A DNA stretch of 6,007 bases from Nanopusillaceae archaeon (GTDB lineage Archaea; Nanobdellota; Nanobdellia; Nanobdellales; Nanobdellaceae), in contig JAWBIX010000026.1 in the NCBI GenBank assembly GCA_038833255.1, forward strand, positions 1-6,007. The letters are read 5' to 3'. This document shows positions 5,730 through 6,007 of the stretch, one piece after another (positions within the stretch are counted from its first letter, which is position 1; each line of letters opens with the position of its first letter). The position numbers and the translations under genes are program-made. The notes beneath the pieces were generated by a model that made no database searches, was not told the DNA's origin, and worked only from the letters and a program-made list of their open reading frames with translations.

Positions 5730-6007
5730 ATGAGGATTGTTGATGCTAAAGCAAGAATTGTTTTAAATTCTAGGGGAGATCCAGCAATTGAAGTTGAAAT
5801 AAATGGTCTTTCAGAGTCAGTTCCTTCTGGAGCAAGTAAAGGATCTTATGAAGCAAATAAAATAGATGTAGAGGAAGCGATAAAATTATTTAATTCCGAA
5901 CTAGTAGATTTATTAAAAACATATGACATCCAAACTTTGGGAGATTTAAAAAATTTTGAAAATGATCTAGAATTAATTGGTGGAATTAAAAAATATGGAA
6001 GCAATCT
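5730..6007 (+). CDS. eno: Enolase (phosphopyruvate hydratase), 5' part only, divergent; runs off the window end
   Basis: The open frame from ATG 5730 reads MRIVDAKARIVLNSRGDPAIEVEINGLSESVPSGASKGSYEANK...GGIKKYGSN. It matches the enolase N-terminal signature I.ar.ilDSRGnPTvEVev....a.vPSGAStG..EA and the later lGANA region (YGSN at the window edge). Confidence 0.8.
   Translation, partial: MRIVDAKARIVLNSRGDPAIEVEINGLSESVPSGASKGSYEANKIDVEEAIKLFNSELVDLLKTYDIQTLGDLKNFENDLELIGGIKKYGSN

Noticed and set aside
1-6007. Search for CRISPR repeats, defence genes, toxin-antitoxin pairs, transposases or prophage remnants
   Set aside because: None seen. Every ORF of substantial length has a plausible housekeeping or conserved-family assignment, and there are no spaced direct repeats.

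Overview
Very AT-rich (by eye well under 30% GC), tightly packed archaeal housekeeping DNA. Almost every base is coding. The intergenic gaps are 23, 3, 24, 47 and 40 bp, and there are four gene overlaps. Three gene blocks are present. (1) On the + strand: the 3' end of a MarC-like membrane protein, then TrmI (tRNA m1A methyltransferase), a cupin-type glucose-6-phosphate isomerase and an endonuclease IV family protein. (2) On the - strand: a two-repeat 'TM-helix' membrane protein, then archaeal MBF1, a DUF99/UPF0215 protein and SecD; the first three are chained by ATGA start/stop overlaps. (3) On the + strand: tRNA-Ile(GAU), then the 5' end of a divergent enolase. No upstream Shine-Dalgarno motifs are visible. 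The tRNA is an almost pure G:C-stem island in AT-rich DNA. Together with the Lys/Ile/Glu-rich proteins, this suggests a streamlined, probably thermophilic archaeon, perhaps Nanoarchaeota/DPANN-like; that lineage guess is speculative. I found no CRISPR array, mobile element, integrase, toxin-antitoxin or recognisable defence module, so I read this as an ordinary core-genome window. The observations most worth a second look are: the ATGA-coupled membrane protein/MBF1/DUF99 trio; a perfect 22-bp palindrome between the tRNA and the enolase start; a PDZ-like insert in an orphan SecD; and reduced or divergent glycolytic enzymes. All family assignments come from motif recognition by eye, not database searches.
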